A stretch of 64,000 nt of DNA from Lama guanicoe (Eukaryota): contig MU053561.1 of assembly GCA_013239625.1 (NCBI GenBank), forward strand, positions 1,407,520 through 1,471,519. Direction: 5' to 3'. The number at the start of each line of letters is the position of its first letter. Positions within the stretch are counted from its first letter, which is position 1. Position numbers and translations under genes: made by a program. The notes under the pieces were generated by a model. That model saw nothing but the letters and a program-made list of their open reading frames with translations. It did not search any database and was not told the origin of the DNA. This document shows positions 1 through 13,753 of this stretch, piece by piece.

Positions 1-1440
1 AAGAAGAAGAATAAAGTTTGAAGAATTACACTACCTAATTTTAAGACTTATTGTAAAGGTATAAAAATAAGGGCAGTATCATACTAGCAAAGGGACAGAC
101 ACATAGATCAATGGAAGAAGACAGAGGGTCCAGAAATGGACCCACACAGATGTGACCATTTTATTTTTGACCAAAGTACAAAAACAAATAGTGAGAAAAG
201 ACAGTTTTACAACAAATAGTTTAGAAACTGAACATCCATATGCAAAAAACAGACCTCAGCCCGTACCTCATATCTTAAAGAAAAACTAAGGCAAGGTGAA
301 TAACAGATCTAAGTGTAAAACTATAAGACTTTTAGAAGAAAACACAGGAGATAATCTTCATATCCAAGAATTAGGTAAAGAGTTCTTAGACATGACACAT
401 AACAAGATACATGAAGAAAAAAACTGATAAATTGGAAACTATCAAAATTTAAAACTTTTGCTCTGCCAAATATCCTGTTAAAAGAGTAAAAAGACAAGTT
501 ACAGGCTAGGACAAATATTTACAAATAATATATCTGAAAAAAGGACTTGGATTCAGAATATATAAAGGAATCTCAACATTCAATAATAAGGAGACAAACT
601 TGGACATATCCTTCAAAGGAGAATATATGGATGACAATAGTTACATACATAAACAGATTTTCAACATCATTAGCCATCAGGGAAACGCAAATTAAAATCA
701 TAATGAAATACCACTATTCATCTATTAGAATGGCTAAAAACCCCCCCAAAAACAAAAAACTGATGGCACCAAGTCAGTACGAGTAACAATGCAGGACAAC
801 TGAAACTCATACATTTTTGGTAGGAATGCAGTAGGGTACAACCATCCTGGAGACAATTGGGCAGTTTCTCATAAAGTTAAACAAATGACCCAGCAATCCC
901 ACTCATGGGATTACCCTGGAGAAATGAAGACTTATGCTCACACAAAAATCTGTGCAAGATTGTTTATACCAGTTCGATTCATAATAATCAAATAAAACAA
1001 TCCAAATGTCCTTCAACAGGTAGATGGATAAACAAACTTTAGTACATCTGTACAGTGGAATACTAGTCAGAAATGAGAACGAACTATTTATATAAGCAAC
1101 AATGTGGCTGAATCGACAAGGAATTATGCTGAATGGAAGAAGTCAGTTTCAAAAGGTTATATACTATGTATGGTTCCATTTTATGACATTCTCTGAAAGA
1201 TGAAACTGTAGTTAGTCCACTGAGGACAGACCAATGGTTGCTGGAGGCTAGGAGTGGAACGAGTTTAATACTCTTTAGGAGTAACATGACAGAGCTTTTT
1301 TGGAGGTAATGGAACTGTCCTGTGCTCTGATGGTGGTGATTACCTGAATCTACACATATAGTAAGATTCAAAGAACTACCCCCCCAATAAAAATCAATTT
1401 GACTATATTGTAAGTTTTAAAAAAATTAAAAACAAAAAAG
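1..1440 (+). mobile_element. Old LINE-1 (L1M-type) fragment: degenerate ORF2 C-terminal region plus 3' UTR
   Basis: Decayed ORF2 3' motifs (ITLPNFKTY-like at the start, SLAIRETQIK in ORF 547-786), followed by L1 3' UTR and an A-rich end near 1420-1440; many stops and frameshifts. Confidence 0.85.
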
Positions 1441-4204
1441 TAATGCTGTATTTGGAGTGTGATGACAATTCTTCACATTAGCAGTCAGGAGTTGACTTAA
1501 AAAGTTGATATTGGAGCAGAAGGCCTGAGAGATGACAAGTTTTCAAAAAGAAGGTCTATCAGCTTCAGTTAAGAAGTGATGCATATAGTAGTTTTCCAAT
1601 AAATATTCCTTGGATGATAACAAATTGATGGATTAGTGAGTTCTAATGTCTTTGAGAAACCATAACTTTGTGTAACATTAATAGCATAGATTTCATACAT
1701 ATTAGCAGTGCCATGAGGGAACAGAATGTACCTTTCCTGTAAGTCCCTACTTTCTCTATATATCCAGATGACTCTGGCAAGGAATAAAACAGAATTTTAG
1801 AACACAGTCCTAGGAAACAGAAGAAAATAAGAAAAAAAAAGCCTCTATATCATACCAAACAGGATAAAACCTGAAAAAGTTGGATGTTTATAAACATCTT
1901 GCAAATACATAGGAAGCACACAACAAATACGTGCCACTCTGTAGATACAGCCCAGTGTACGGTGGCTGGGAAGAGACAATGTAATCACAGTCTTTGCACA
2001 AACGAGCCTAAAAGAGGTTGATTTAACTGTATTACACACTCAGCTAAATAAGATAAATGTGGATTCAGCCATCACCCGTGTCCCAAATCCATATTCCATT
2101 GCCCTTTCCCAAGAGTTCAGAACCTAAAAATACTCATTTACCCAAACATGGCCTTTATTCATTCACCTATACAGGCCCAATCTTGTGTTCAATAAACTAA
2201 GTGCCCCATCAGGCTGAAAGTATTCAACTGAGCTTAAGAACTTAGTTTCTACAGAACACAAATGGTACAAGTCCTTGGAAAGGCCATTACCCTAGAGAAA
2301 TGAAGACTTATGTTCACACAGATACATCCTTGCTTTTCATGAGAAAGAACAGATTTACTATTTTACTCCTCTCTTCCTCCTTGTTTAATGTTCTTTTCTA
2401 GTTAAGAGAATTCACTTCAGGATCTGTCTGGTGATTTGAGAAATATAATTATCTTTGCAGTTTAAAAAGAAAAACAACAACAGTTTTTCTTCTTCCTTAG
2501 AAGACAGTAGAAGATCCTAAGAGAAAAAGGAACGGGAAGGAGTGTGGATAAATAATTTGAATTTGAGTACAAGCGTACACTATGAAGTACCAGGGAAACA
2601 CATAGGAGTGTTTATGTGGGAATCGCCTCCATTTATTCATTCATTCCACATGTAAGTATCAAACAACTGCTGTGTACAATTATTCTCAATGTTAGGCTAA
2701 GTAGGCTGATGGTAATCAACAAACAATAGGGTATTTGAACTTATTGACTAAAATTATGCCAAAAAAAACCCACTCTCATATCCATCTCTGCTTATAGAAA
2801 TGCTCTCTCACTATATTTGGGGAAAGTGAGTGAGACTCTCCTTCTATGGACCCAAGCCTACTGGGGATGCTTAGGTGAGAGAGAGAGCTCAGAAAGCCAG
2901 AGCTCAGGGATCTTATGAGTATATCCTTTTCCTTTTAGGAATGAAAAAACTGAAGCTGACAATGGGAACTTGGTCAGGGTCACACAGCCTGTTACTAGTA
3001 GAACCATATGAAAAACCAAGTCTCTTAAGTGATGTCCATTGCTTTTCTTTTTCCCCTCTGATCCACCTTATAGCACATTTCAAGGAGGCAGAGAAAAATA
3101 TATCCCTGCAAAGAATTTAGCTCTCTTAGCCTGAGGTCAAATTTGAGTTGCTTTCTCTCTTCCTGCACTTCACCTAGCTTAAAGACTTTGGTGGTCTTTT
3201 TTTTTTTTCATTGTTTTTTTTTTTAAGTCTTCAATTATCCTGTAAGTCTCCAAGGGTTGGCCTGGCCTGATTTACATGGATCATTGTGCCTTGGTATGCC
3301 CCTACTCAGCAATCCCTGCCCTATGAAACATGTCTTCCTGCCAATCCCAATGCAAACCGCCTTTTCTAACTTTGTCTTACCTCTAGACATCTGTTGTTAT
3401 TTACCACGCAATTATCTGGCTATTTGTCTACTTCAGAATGCATTTGAGAACTAGTGTGTCTGACACTGATCTGTAAGTGGAACAGCCTGGACTCTATAGG
3501 CGGAGGACTACGTTATTTGACTGGATATTGGCAACAACAAAACAAGCCTACACTTTCCTGAATATCCATTCGAGTGGAACTGGAAGGCAAATCTGAGGAT
3601 TCCAAGGAGAACAGAGAAGCCTGTCAAAAATTGCAAGTTGGGCGTACACAAAAACAACGCAGCCTAACAGGCTTTGCAAAACTCCAGAACACCTTCAAAG
3701 AAGCTCCCTAAATATATTTGAAGAAAGACAAATACAATGGTTATGGTGATGCTCAGGAATAAAAACAAAGTAGCAGAGCAGCTGAATGACAGCTTGACAT
3801 TCTTGGTATTTACTGAAAAAGTTTTTAGCAAAATTTGCAGTCCTTTGTTCCTGTTATTTTCTACCTGAAGGGCGTAAATTGATTTGCTGCTTCATCTTGG
3901 CCTCTCCTGTTATATTTGAGTTTCTGCTCTAATCACTTGGCCATCCACTTTCAACCTCTCCAAATTTTGTTAACATATCTCATTATCTCTTTTCACATTT
4001 ATTCATGGTTATGAGTTTAAGCTTAAGAGAATTCCATTACTATCATTATACTGGGTCTCAAGAGGAGGCAAAAGCAAAATGGGGAAGTTTTGTTAGCCCT
4101 CTACAGTGTAAAGCTGATTCTTTTATATCCTACCAAAATATTTTGATTTCATGGAATTTTTATTTTATAGAAATAGAAATAACAACCCTAAAATTCATAT
4201 GGAA

Positions 4205-6005
4205 GCATGAAAAAGTAGTTTCCAATTGTCCTCTTGATTTCTACAAAAATTTTAATGAAACTACAGAAAACATGAAACAAAAAATTGTTGATATACTGTC
4301 AAAATACAAACTAGACATTGCTCATCTATCTGCATACTTGGCAGACAGTGCAAATGTAGATTTTGGCAAATTCCACTCAGTCTAACTTTTTTCTGAAGAA
4401 AATGAAAATTTTTTACGCTGCTAAAAAAGGAAATGATTTGCTTACAAGTGATATTGAGACTTTGATAATAAAAGTTTTTGGCCATTTTGAGGTTTCCGTA
4501 AAGTGTGCAGAAGCACTTAATGAGATATTTGACTTTGTGGAAGGTGGAGGTAGCCTTCTTAGACATGTGCCTACAACATGGCTATCATTGTTGCCAGCCA
4601 TGGAAAAGATGTTAAAATGTTGGCTTGAAGTAAAATCATATTTCAAAGTGTGGGATAACAATAATATTCTTATCTAATTTAGGAATAAACTGAGGATGAG
4701 AATGGAGAAAATAATTACAGTAAAATAGAAATTCATATGCTGTTTTTCCAAAATTGTTTGGTGATCTTTGAAGAGGCCATGAAGAGTCTAGAAAAGGATG
4801 AACTAACTGCACCTGACTTGTTTGTGTTACATAGGTTGTGACAAAAATTCATACTGTTGGAAATAAAACTGCTTTAGATCTAAAAAAATAAAGTCACCAT
4901 AAAAGGACCATCAAATTAAATAGAACATTTTCAATTTCTTTGCTAAAACTATACTTATTTTGAATTCAACTTAAATTTCGTAAGTTCAAATAACTTATGT
5001 GCTTTAAAACAATTTTCTTTAAAAAAGAGAGCTTTCACTTATGACAGTCAGTGTGCTTCAGCGTGTTTAAAAATGATGGACCTTTTAGTTGCAAATAGTG
5101 CCTTAGTTTTCTATTGCTGCATAACATTACCACAAACTTGGTGGCTTCAAGCAACACTCATTTATTGTCTCACGGTTCTGTAGATCAGACATCAAGCACA
5201 TATTGTTGGGTCCTCTGCTCTGAGTCTCACAAGTCTGAAATCAAGGTACCAGCCAGGCCATGGTTATCCAAACTCACAGGTCTCTACCTTCTTGATGTCT
5301 ATCCTCTGGGGACTGCTCTCAGCTCCTATGAGTGGCCAGCTGTCATATGCCAATGTGGCCCTCTCTACAACACAGCAGTTTACTTCTTCATGGCGTAGGA
5401 AAGTGTCTCTCTCACTTTGAATCTTGGCCTACCAGAATGTCCCAGTCCCTTTAAAGTGCTTCCCTGATTAAGTCAGGCCCACCAAGGAAAAGTTTCCTTC
5501 TGATTAACTCACAGTTAAATGACTTGGGGCCTTACTTAAATTTGCAAATTCCTTTCACTTCTGTCATATAACATAATTATAGAAGTGAACTACATAGTAG
5601 TCAAGGTGAGGGGTTTATAAATAGCATATACACAAGGGGATAGAAATCTTAGGAACCACAAATACACTATATGATGGATTTATAGATGTAAAGGACCTAA
5701 TTGACAGACAGTTGTTCTACCAAAACAAGTTAATGGATACAAAGAAAGTGGATGTAACATTTCTGGAGAGCTGGAAACTAATTCCTAAAAATCTAAAAAT
5801 TTGCGGTTGTTAATAAGGAAAGCTCTACATATGCCATCCAACAAGTATTCTTGAGATGACATGTACATTGATGTCATCACACTGACACGGAGAATCAGTG
5901 CAATGTGAGCTTGGTAAGAGCACAGCTGCAAATCAAAGTACATTTTACATCTGACTCTATTAAACTTTACCACCACATAAAAGAAGACTGTCCTAAGGCT
6001 GAAGG
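4205..6005 (+). mobile_element. Fossil hAT-superfamily DNA transposon, transposase remnant (Blackjack-like, tentative), split by an LTR
   Basis: ORF fragments LDFYKNFNETTENMKQKIVDILSKYKLDIAHLSAYLADSANVDFGKFHSV and LLRHVPTTWLSLLPAMEKML resemble a hAT catalytic domain; 5870-5985 gives NQCNVSLVRAQLQIKVHF, resembling the C-terminal dimerisation region; broken frames. Confidence 0.8.
5099..5660 (-). mobile_element. MaLR (MLT1-type) solo LTR inserted in the hAT fossil
   Basis: TG...CA ends; 5-bp TSD AATAG (5094-5098) / AATAC (5661-5665); the MLT1 3' terminal motif (tgttatgcagcaatagaaaactaaggca) reads on the minus strand. Confidence 0.85.
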
Positions 6006-7107
6006 AAGTTTAAAGAAAAATTAGAAAAGAAAGCATAAAGAGTACATGGCGTTAACTATGATATTAAAAAATAAAAGTTATTAACTCCAGGAAAATAAAA
6101 ATTGGTCAGGAATGGAAATAAAAGCATTGTCTTCTTTTTTAGCTTACCTGTGAATACTATTTTAACAGTCCTAGTACCAAATAATAAGCTCTTTTATGAG
6201 AACTGGAGAAGGCAAATATATCCACATCAGGGAAGAAGATATGAGAAGTAATCTTCACTTTTCAATGTGGAAAGCCAGTGGAAGACTACACCTAAAACTG
6301 AAAAACCAATAAATGGCAATATAAGGATGGTAATTAGAAATCTGGAGTCAAACATAGGGAACAGATGAAAGAGTTGAAAGTGATCACCACTGGATGTAAT
6401 ATACTGGGAGAAAAGGGGACAAGGTACCTCTTTTCTCTTATAAGCCTTAGTGCTGTTTGATTTTTTTTCAAAGAATGCATATTGATAAAAATAAAAACTA
6501 AAGAAAGAAACTAAAGTATTTCTTTAGAGACACTGACAGTCAGAACAAGTCTGTCTGGAAAGAACAGATGTTAATGGAAGGGTATACATTATCTCACTCA
6601 ATTCTCAGTTCATTCTATAAGATGTGGTATTTCCTACTCAAGAAATCAAAACTCAAGAGAATAATTACAGTGGCCAAAGTCACACAATTATTAAGTGGAA
6701 TTCAGGTTTCAAACTCAGATCTTTAAAGTAGGTAGAAGGATGAATACAATATTCAAAGGGAAAGCTGACATTTTAGATATAACATGAAACATTCACAGAA
6801 TTTGAACATGTGGAAACATGAAGGAAGAGTACTTCAAGCATAGCGAATAGCTCTAAAAGGCCAGAATTGAAAAGTGAAGAAGGATCGCAGGCAAAGGACC
6901 TATCTGACTAAAAGAGTGGGAGATGAAATTCCAGGCTAGGTATAGAATTTCTTAACAATGTTTTATCATTTTAGGCCATATTCATTTTTTTCTGTTGTAT
7001 TTTATTTATTTATTAATATTGAAATGTAGTTGACACACAATATTCAGCTACTTTCAGGTATACTACATAGTGATTTGGTATTTGCATACATTATGAAATG
7101 ATCACCA

Positions 7108-7460
7108 GATAGAGAAAGACAAGTATCATATGATGTTGCTTATATGTGGAATATAAAAGAAAAATACAAACTTTATTTACAAACCAGAAATAGACTCAGG
7201 GACATAGAAAACAAACTGTGGTTACTAAGGGGGAAAGTGGAGGTTACGAAGGGACAGATTAGGAGTTTGGGATTAACAGATACACATTACTATATATAAA
7301 GTAGAAAAACAAGAAGGACCTACGGTATAGCACAGGAAACCATATTCAGTTTCTTTTAATGAGCTGTAATGGAAAAGAATCTGAAAATATATATGTATAT
7401 GTATAACTGAATCACTTTGCTGTACATCTGAAAATGACACTGTAAATCAACTACACGTCA
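7108..7460 (+). mobile_element. L1 3' UTR fragment nested in the opposite-strand old L1 3' end
   Basis: gagaaagacaagtatcatatgat...tgtggaat...ctgtaaatcaactac; the host L1 sequence resumes on both sides. Confidence 0.8.
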
Positions 7461-8540
7461 TGGTAAGCCTAGCAACAAACTGTCCCCATATAAAGTTATT
7501 TCAATATTGTTGACCGTATTCCTTATTCTCTATATTACATCCCCATGACTACTTTTCTGCCTCTTAACCCTTCACGTATTTCACCTGCCTAGCCTCCTTC
7601 CCCTCTGGCAACCGTCCATTCTCTGTATCTATGTCTGTTTTGGTTTTTTTGTTTTTTAGATTCCACATATAAGTGAGATCATATGGTAAATCTGTCTCTG
7701 ACTTATTTCAGCTTAATACCCTCTAGATCCAACCAAATTGTTGGAAATGGCAAGATTTAATTTTTTATGGGTGAGTAATATTCCATTGTATATGTATCCC
7801 ACATTATATTTATCCTTTCATCTATCAACAGATACTTAGTTCACTTCAACATCATGGCTACTGTAAATAGTACTCCAATGAACACAGGAGTGTATATATC
7901 TTTTCAAATTACTGTTTTTGTTTTCTACAGGTAAAAACACAGAAGTGAAATTGCAGGTTCATACGGCAGTTCTATTTTTAATTATTTTGATAAAACGCCA
8001 TACTTTTATTCCATAGTGGTTGCACCAATTTAGAATCCCACCAACAATGAATGCACCAGGGCTCTTTTCTCCACATCCTTACCAACACTTGTTATTTGCT
8101 GTATTTTTGATATAGCCATTTGACAGGTGTGAGATATCTCATTGTGATTTTCATTTCCCTGATGATTAATGATGTTGAGCATCTTTTCATGAGTCTGTTG
8201 GCCATTTGTATGCCATTTTTGCAAAAATGTTTATTCAGGTCCTCTGCTCATTTTTAATCTGGTTGTTTATTTAATTTTGTGTTATATCAGTTCTTTGTAT
8301 ATCTTGGATGTTAATTACTTGTCAGATATACCATTTGCAAATATTTTCTTCCACTCACTAGGTTGCCTTTTCAATTTGTTGATAGTTGTATTCATTGTGA
8401 AAAAGCTCGTTAGTTTGATGTAGTTCCATTTGTTTACTTTTGTTTTTGTTTACCATGCCTGAGAAGCAAAATAAAAAAAAATATTGTGAAGACTGATGTC
8501 AGAGGGTATACTGCCTATGTTTTCTTCCAGGAGTATTATG

Positions 8541-9645
8541 CTTTGCCTATGCTTTCTTCTAAGAGGTTTACAGTGTCTTGTCTTATGGTTAAGTCTTTAA
8601 GCCATTTTGACTTTATTTTTGTGTATGGTATGAGGGAGTATTCTAACTTCATGGATGTACATGCAGCTGTCCAGTTATCTCAACACCATTTGCTGAAGAG
8701 ACTGTCTTTACTCCACTGTATATTCTTACATCCTTTGTCAACAATTAATTGGCCAGAAGTCTGTGGGTTTATTTCTTGGCTCTCTATTCTGTTTCATTGA
8801 TCCATATGTCTGTTTTTGTGCCAATATCATGCTGTTTTGATTACTGCAGCTTTTTAGAATTGTCTGAAGTCTGGGAAGGTTATTCTTTCAGGTTCATTCT
8901 TTTTCTTCAGTATTGCTTTGGTGTTTCTGGGTCTTTTGTCATTCCATGTAAATTTTAGGATTATTCATTCCTGTTCTGTGAAAAATATCCTAGGTAATTT
9001 GCATTAAATCTTCAGATTGCTTTCGGTGGTATGGCCATTTTAACAATATTACTTCTTCTAATCCAAGAGCATGAATATCTTGCCATTTCTATAAATCATC
9101 TTTAATTTCCTTAATCAGTGTCTTGTAGTTTTCTGCATATAAGTCTTTACCTCCTTGGTCAGCTTTATTCCTAAGTATTTTATTTTTTTGATGCTATTTT
9201 AAAAGGGACTTTTTTTACTTTCCTTTTCTGATATTTCATTGTTATTGTAAAGAAATGCAACAGATTTCTCTATAACTCTTACCAAAGTGGGTATACAGGA
9301 AATATATCTCAACATAATAAAAGCTATTTATGACAAACCTACAGCCAACATAATACTCAATGGTGAAAAACTGAAAGAGTTCCCTCTAAAATCTTGAACA
9401 AGGATGCCCACTCTCACTGCCTCTATTCAGCATAGTACTGGAAGTTCTAGCTATAGCAATCAGACAGGAAAAAAGAAATAAAAGGTATCCAAATAGTAAG
9501 AGAAGAGGTAAAACTGTCACTCAATGAGGATGACATGATACTACATATAGAAGATCCTAAAGACTCCACACAAAAACTACTAGAGGTGATAAACAAATTC
9601 AATGAGGTAACAGGATTCAAGACTAACACACAGAAATCTGCTGTA
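8541..9645 (-). mobile_element. Younger L1 ORF2 fragment with a 5' inversion (9274-9645 inverted, + strand)
   Basis: 8541-9270 matches ORF2 of the young L1 on minus; 9274-9645 is the immediately upstream RT segment on plus. Confidence 0.8.
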
Positions 9646-10159
9646 GCTCTTTTTTGTTCCTTCCTTTTTCTTTTGATTTCATCCCTTGTATTTTTGTGAC
9701 TATATTTAGTGTTATATTTGGATTCTTTGTCTTTTTTATATGTATCTATTATAGGTTTTTGGTTTGTGGTTACTATGTGGTTCATATATCAACCTATATA
9801 TAAATATATCAATCAATCAATCAATCAATAAAAATAAATAAATATGATCCTGTAACCGAGCAGGATGCTATGGGGCCATCTTGGGACAGACCTCTCCCTC
9901 ACATCCTCTGCTTCAGCTCCTCTCTGAAGTACCTAGATTATAGTATCTTATGTGTATTTCCTGGGTTGTTTTACACATGCTACAACTGCCACCAAATGGA
10001 AGAAATCAACTGCTTAATGACCATGAGCACATAGCCCCCAGACCTACTGATGCCTAAGGATTGACAATGTTAACCCCTGTGACACCACTGTTACCTCACC
10101 ATTAACCAATCAGAACTGTGCATGAGCTGACCACATACCCTGAGATGCCCCTTGCCTTT

Positions 10160-12833
10160 TTAACATTTTTAATTGATTTATAATAATTTTACAATGTTGT
10201 GTCAAATTCCACTGTAGAGCACAATTTTTCAGTTATACATGAACATATATATATATTCATTGTCACATTTTTTTTCTCTGTGAGCTACCATAAGATCTTA
10301 CATATATTTCCCTGCGCTATACAGTATAATCTTGTTTATCTATTCTACAATTTTGAAATCCCATCTATCCCTTCCAACCCTCTGCCCCCTTGGCAACCAC
10401 AAGTTTGTATTCTATGTCTATGAATCTATTACTGTTTTGTATTTATGCTTTGTTGTTGTTTTTGGGGTTTTTTTAGATTCCACATATAAGCGATCTCATA
10501 TGGTATTTTTCTTTCTCTTTCTGGCTTACTTCACTTAGAATGACATTCTCCAGGAGAATCCATGTTGCTGCAAATGGCGTTATGTTGTCAGTTTTTATGG
10601 CTCAATAGTATTCCATTGTATAAATATACCACTTCTTCTTTATCCAGTCATCTGTTGATGGACATTTAGGCTGTTTCCATGTATTGGCTATTGTAAATAG
10701 TGCTGCTATGAACATTGGGATGCAGGTGTCATTTTGAAGTAGGGTTCCTCCTGGATATATGCCCAGGAGCAGGAGTCCTGGGTCATACGGTAAGTCTACT
10801 CCTAGTCTTTTGAGGAATCTCCATACTGTTTTCCACAGTGGCTGCACCAAACTGCATTCCCACCAGCAGTGTAGGAGGCTTCCCTTTTCTCCATAACCTC
10901 TTCAGCATTTGTCATTTGTGGATTTTTGAATGATGGCCATTCTGGCTGGTGTGAGGTGATACCTCATTGTAGTTCTGATTTGCATTTCTCTGGTAATTAG
11001 TGATATTGAGCATTTTTACATGTGCTTATTGATCATTTGTATGTCTTCCTTGGAGAATTGCTTGTTTAGGTCTTCTGCCCATTTTTGGATTGGGTGGTTT
11101 GTTTTTTTCTTATTGAGTCATATGAGCTGCTTATATGTTTTGGAGATCAAGCCTTTGTCGGTTTCATTTGCAAAAATTTTCTCCCATTCTGTAGGCTGTC
11201 TTTTTGTTTTACTTATGGTTTCCTTTACTGTGCAGAAGCTTGAAAGTTTCATTAGGTCCCATTTGTTTATTCTTGCTTTTATTTCTATTGCTTGAGTAGA
11301 CTGTTCTACGAGAACATTTTTGAGATGTATGTCAGATAATGTTTTGCCTATATTTTTTCTAGGAGGTTTATTGTGTCTTGTCTTATGTTTAAGTCTTTGA
11401 TCCATTTTGAGTTTATTTTTGTGTATGGTGTAAGGGAGTGTTCTAGCTTCATTGCTTTACATGCTGCTGTCCAGTTTTCCCAACACCATCTGCTGAAGAG
11501 ACTGTCTTTATTCCATTGTATACTGTTGCCTCCTTTGTCGAAGATTAGTTGACCAAAAGTTTGTAGGTTCACTTCTGGGCTCTCTATTCTGTTCCATTGG
11601 TCTATATGTCTATTTTTCTACCAATACCATGCTGTCTTGATGACTGTAGCTCTATAGTATTGTCTGAAGTCTGGGAGAGTTATTTCTCCAGCCTCTTTCT
11701 TTCTCTTCAGTAATGGTTTGGCAATTCTAGATCTTTGATGGTTCCATATAAATTTTATTGATTTGTTCTAGTTCTGTGAAATATGTCCTGGGTAATTGGA
11801 TAGGGATTGCATTAAATCTGTAGATTGCCTTGGGCAGTGTGACCATTTTGACAATACTGATTCTTCCAGTCCAAGAGCATGGGATATCTTTCCATTTTTT
11901 AAAATCTTCTTTAATTTCCTTCATCAATGGTTTATAGTTTTCTGTGTATAATTCTTTCACCTCCTTGGTTAGATTTATTCCTAGGTATTTTATTACTTTG
12001 GGTGCTATCTTAAAGGGGATTGTTTCTTTACTTTCTTTTTCTGTTGATTCATCATTAGAATCAACAGAAATGCAACTGATTTTTGAACGTTAATCTTGTA
12101 ACCTGCTGCCTTGCTGCATTCTTCGATCAGCTCTAGTAGTTTTTGTGTGGACCTTTTAGGGTTTTCTATACATAGTAACATGTTGTTGGCATTAGTGACA
12201 CTTTTACCTCTTCTTTTCCAATTTGGATCCCTTTTATTTCTCTCTCTTGCCTGGTTGCTGTGGCTAGGACTTCCAGGACTATATTGAATAGGAGTGGTGA
12301 TAGTGGGCATCCTTGTCTTGTCCCAGATATTAGTGGGAAGCTTTTGAGTTTTTCACCATTGAGTACTATGCTGGCTGTAGGTTTGTCATATATAGCTTTT
12401 ATTATGTTGAGATATGTTCCCTCTATACCCACTTTGGCGAGAGTTTTTATCATAAATGGGTGTTGAATTTTATCAAATGCTTTTTCTGCATCTATTGAGA
12501 TAATCATGTAGTTTTTGTCCTTTCTCTTGTTGATGTGATGTATTACATTGATTGATTTGTGTATGTTGAACCACCCGTGTATCCCTGGGATGAACCCCAG
12601 TTGATCATGATGTATCTTTTTTATGTGTTGTTGGATTCTATTTGCCAATATTTTGGTGAGGATTTTGGCGTCTATGTTCATCAGTGATATTGGCCTATAA
12701 TTCTCTTTTTTGGTAGTGTCTTTGCCTGATTTAGGTATCAGGGTGATGGTGGCTTCATAGAATGAGTTTGGGAGTATTCCCTCCTTTTCAGTCTTCTGGA
12801 GGAGTTTGAGAAGGACTGGTATGAGTTCTTCTG
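10160..12833 (-). mobile_element. 5'-truncated L1 closely related to the young family (ORF2 RT to C-terminus plus 3' UTR), frameshifted
   Basis: ORFs 12166-12855, 11727-11960, 11348-11572, 11118-11405 and 10602-10850 tile ORF2; 7-bp TSD TGCCTTT at 10153-10159 and 12834-12840. Confidence 0.95.
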
Positions 12834-12853
12834 TGCCTTTAAAAATGCATTGC

Positions 12854-13753
12854 AAAGACAGTAACTAAAGTAAAAAGTACACTAGGAGGTATCAACAGTA
12901 GATTACGTATCTGGTACAGAGGAATCAATCAGCAAACTGGAAGACAGAGTAGAGGACATTACCCAAGCTGAAGAGAAAAAAGGTAAAAAATGACAATGAG
13001 ATATCACTTCACATCTGTCAGAAGGGCTATTATCAAAAAGATAACAAATAATAAGTGCTGATGAGGATGTGGAGAAAAGGGAACTCTCATGCACTGTTGA
13101 TGGAAATGAAAATTGGCGCAGTCACTATGGAAAACAGCCAAGATATGAAAGCAGCCTAAGTGTCCATCAGCAGGTGAACAAATAACACACACACACACAC
13201 ACACAATGGAATATTACTCAGCCATAAAAAGCATAAAATGTTGCCATTTGCCACAACGCAGATAAACCTAGGGATTATTATGCTAAATTGAAATAAGCAA
13301 GACATAGAAAGACAAATACTGTATGATTTAACTCACATGTGGAATCTGATAAAACAAAACAAAACAAGCATAACAAAATGAAAACAGACTCATAGATACC
13401 AAGAACAAATAGGTGATTTCCAGAGGGGAGGGAATCAGGGAGTGAGTGAAATAGATGAGGGAGATTAAGAGGTTAAGAAAAATGAAAAGAAAAAGAATAG
13501 AAATACATTGCTGGGGTGGGAAGGAATAAATTGTGAGACTGAGATCTGCAGACACTAACTACCATATGTAAGATAGATAAACAACAAGTTTCTACTGTAT
13601 AGCACAGGGAACTATATTCAATATCTTGTAGTAACTTATGGTTAAAAATAATATGAAAATGAATATATGTATGTTCCTATATGACTGAAGTATTGTGCTG
13701 TACACCAGAAATTGACACAACATTGTAAACTGAGTATAATAAAAATATTTTTT
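12854..13753 (+). mobile_element. Composite retro-insertion: old L1 ORF1 fragment + old L1 3' end + younger L1 3' UTR
   Basis: Flanked by AAAAATGCATTGC (12841-12853) and AAAAATGTGTTGC (13754-13766); the ORF1 coiled-coil fragment reads TEESISKLEDRVEDITQAEEKK. Confidence 0.75.

Noticed and set aside
4005..4677. ORFs of 126 and 104 aa as a domesticated transposase gene
   Set aside because: Chance fusion of unique sequence, a tiny L1 ORF2 piece (FIEIEITTLKFIWKH) and a frameshifted, internally deleted hAT fossil that is also split by an LTR
12166..12855. 229-aa RT ORF as a functional gene
   Set aside because: Fragment of a 5'-truncated, frameshifted L1; its start comes from flanking LTR sequence
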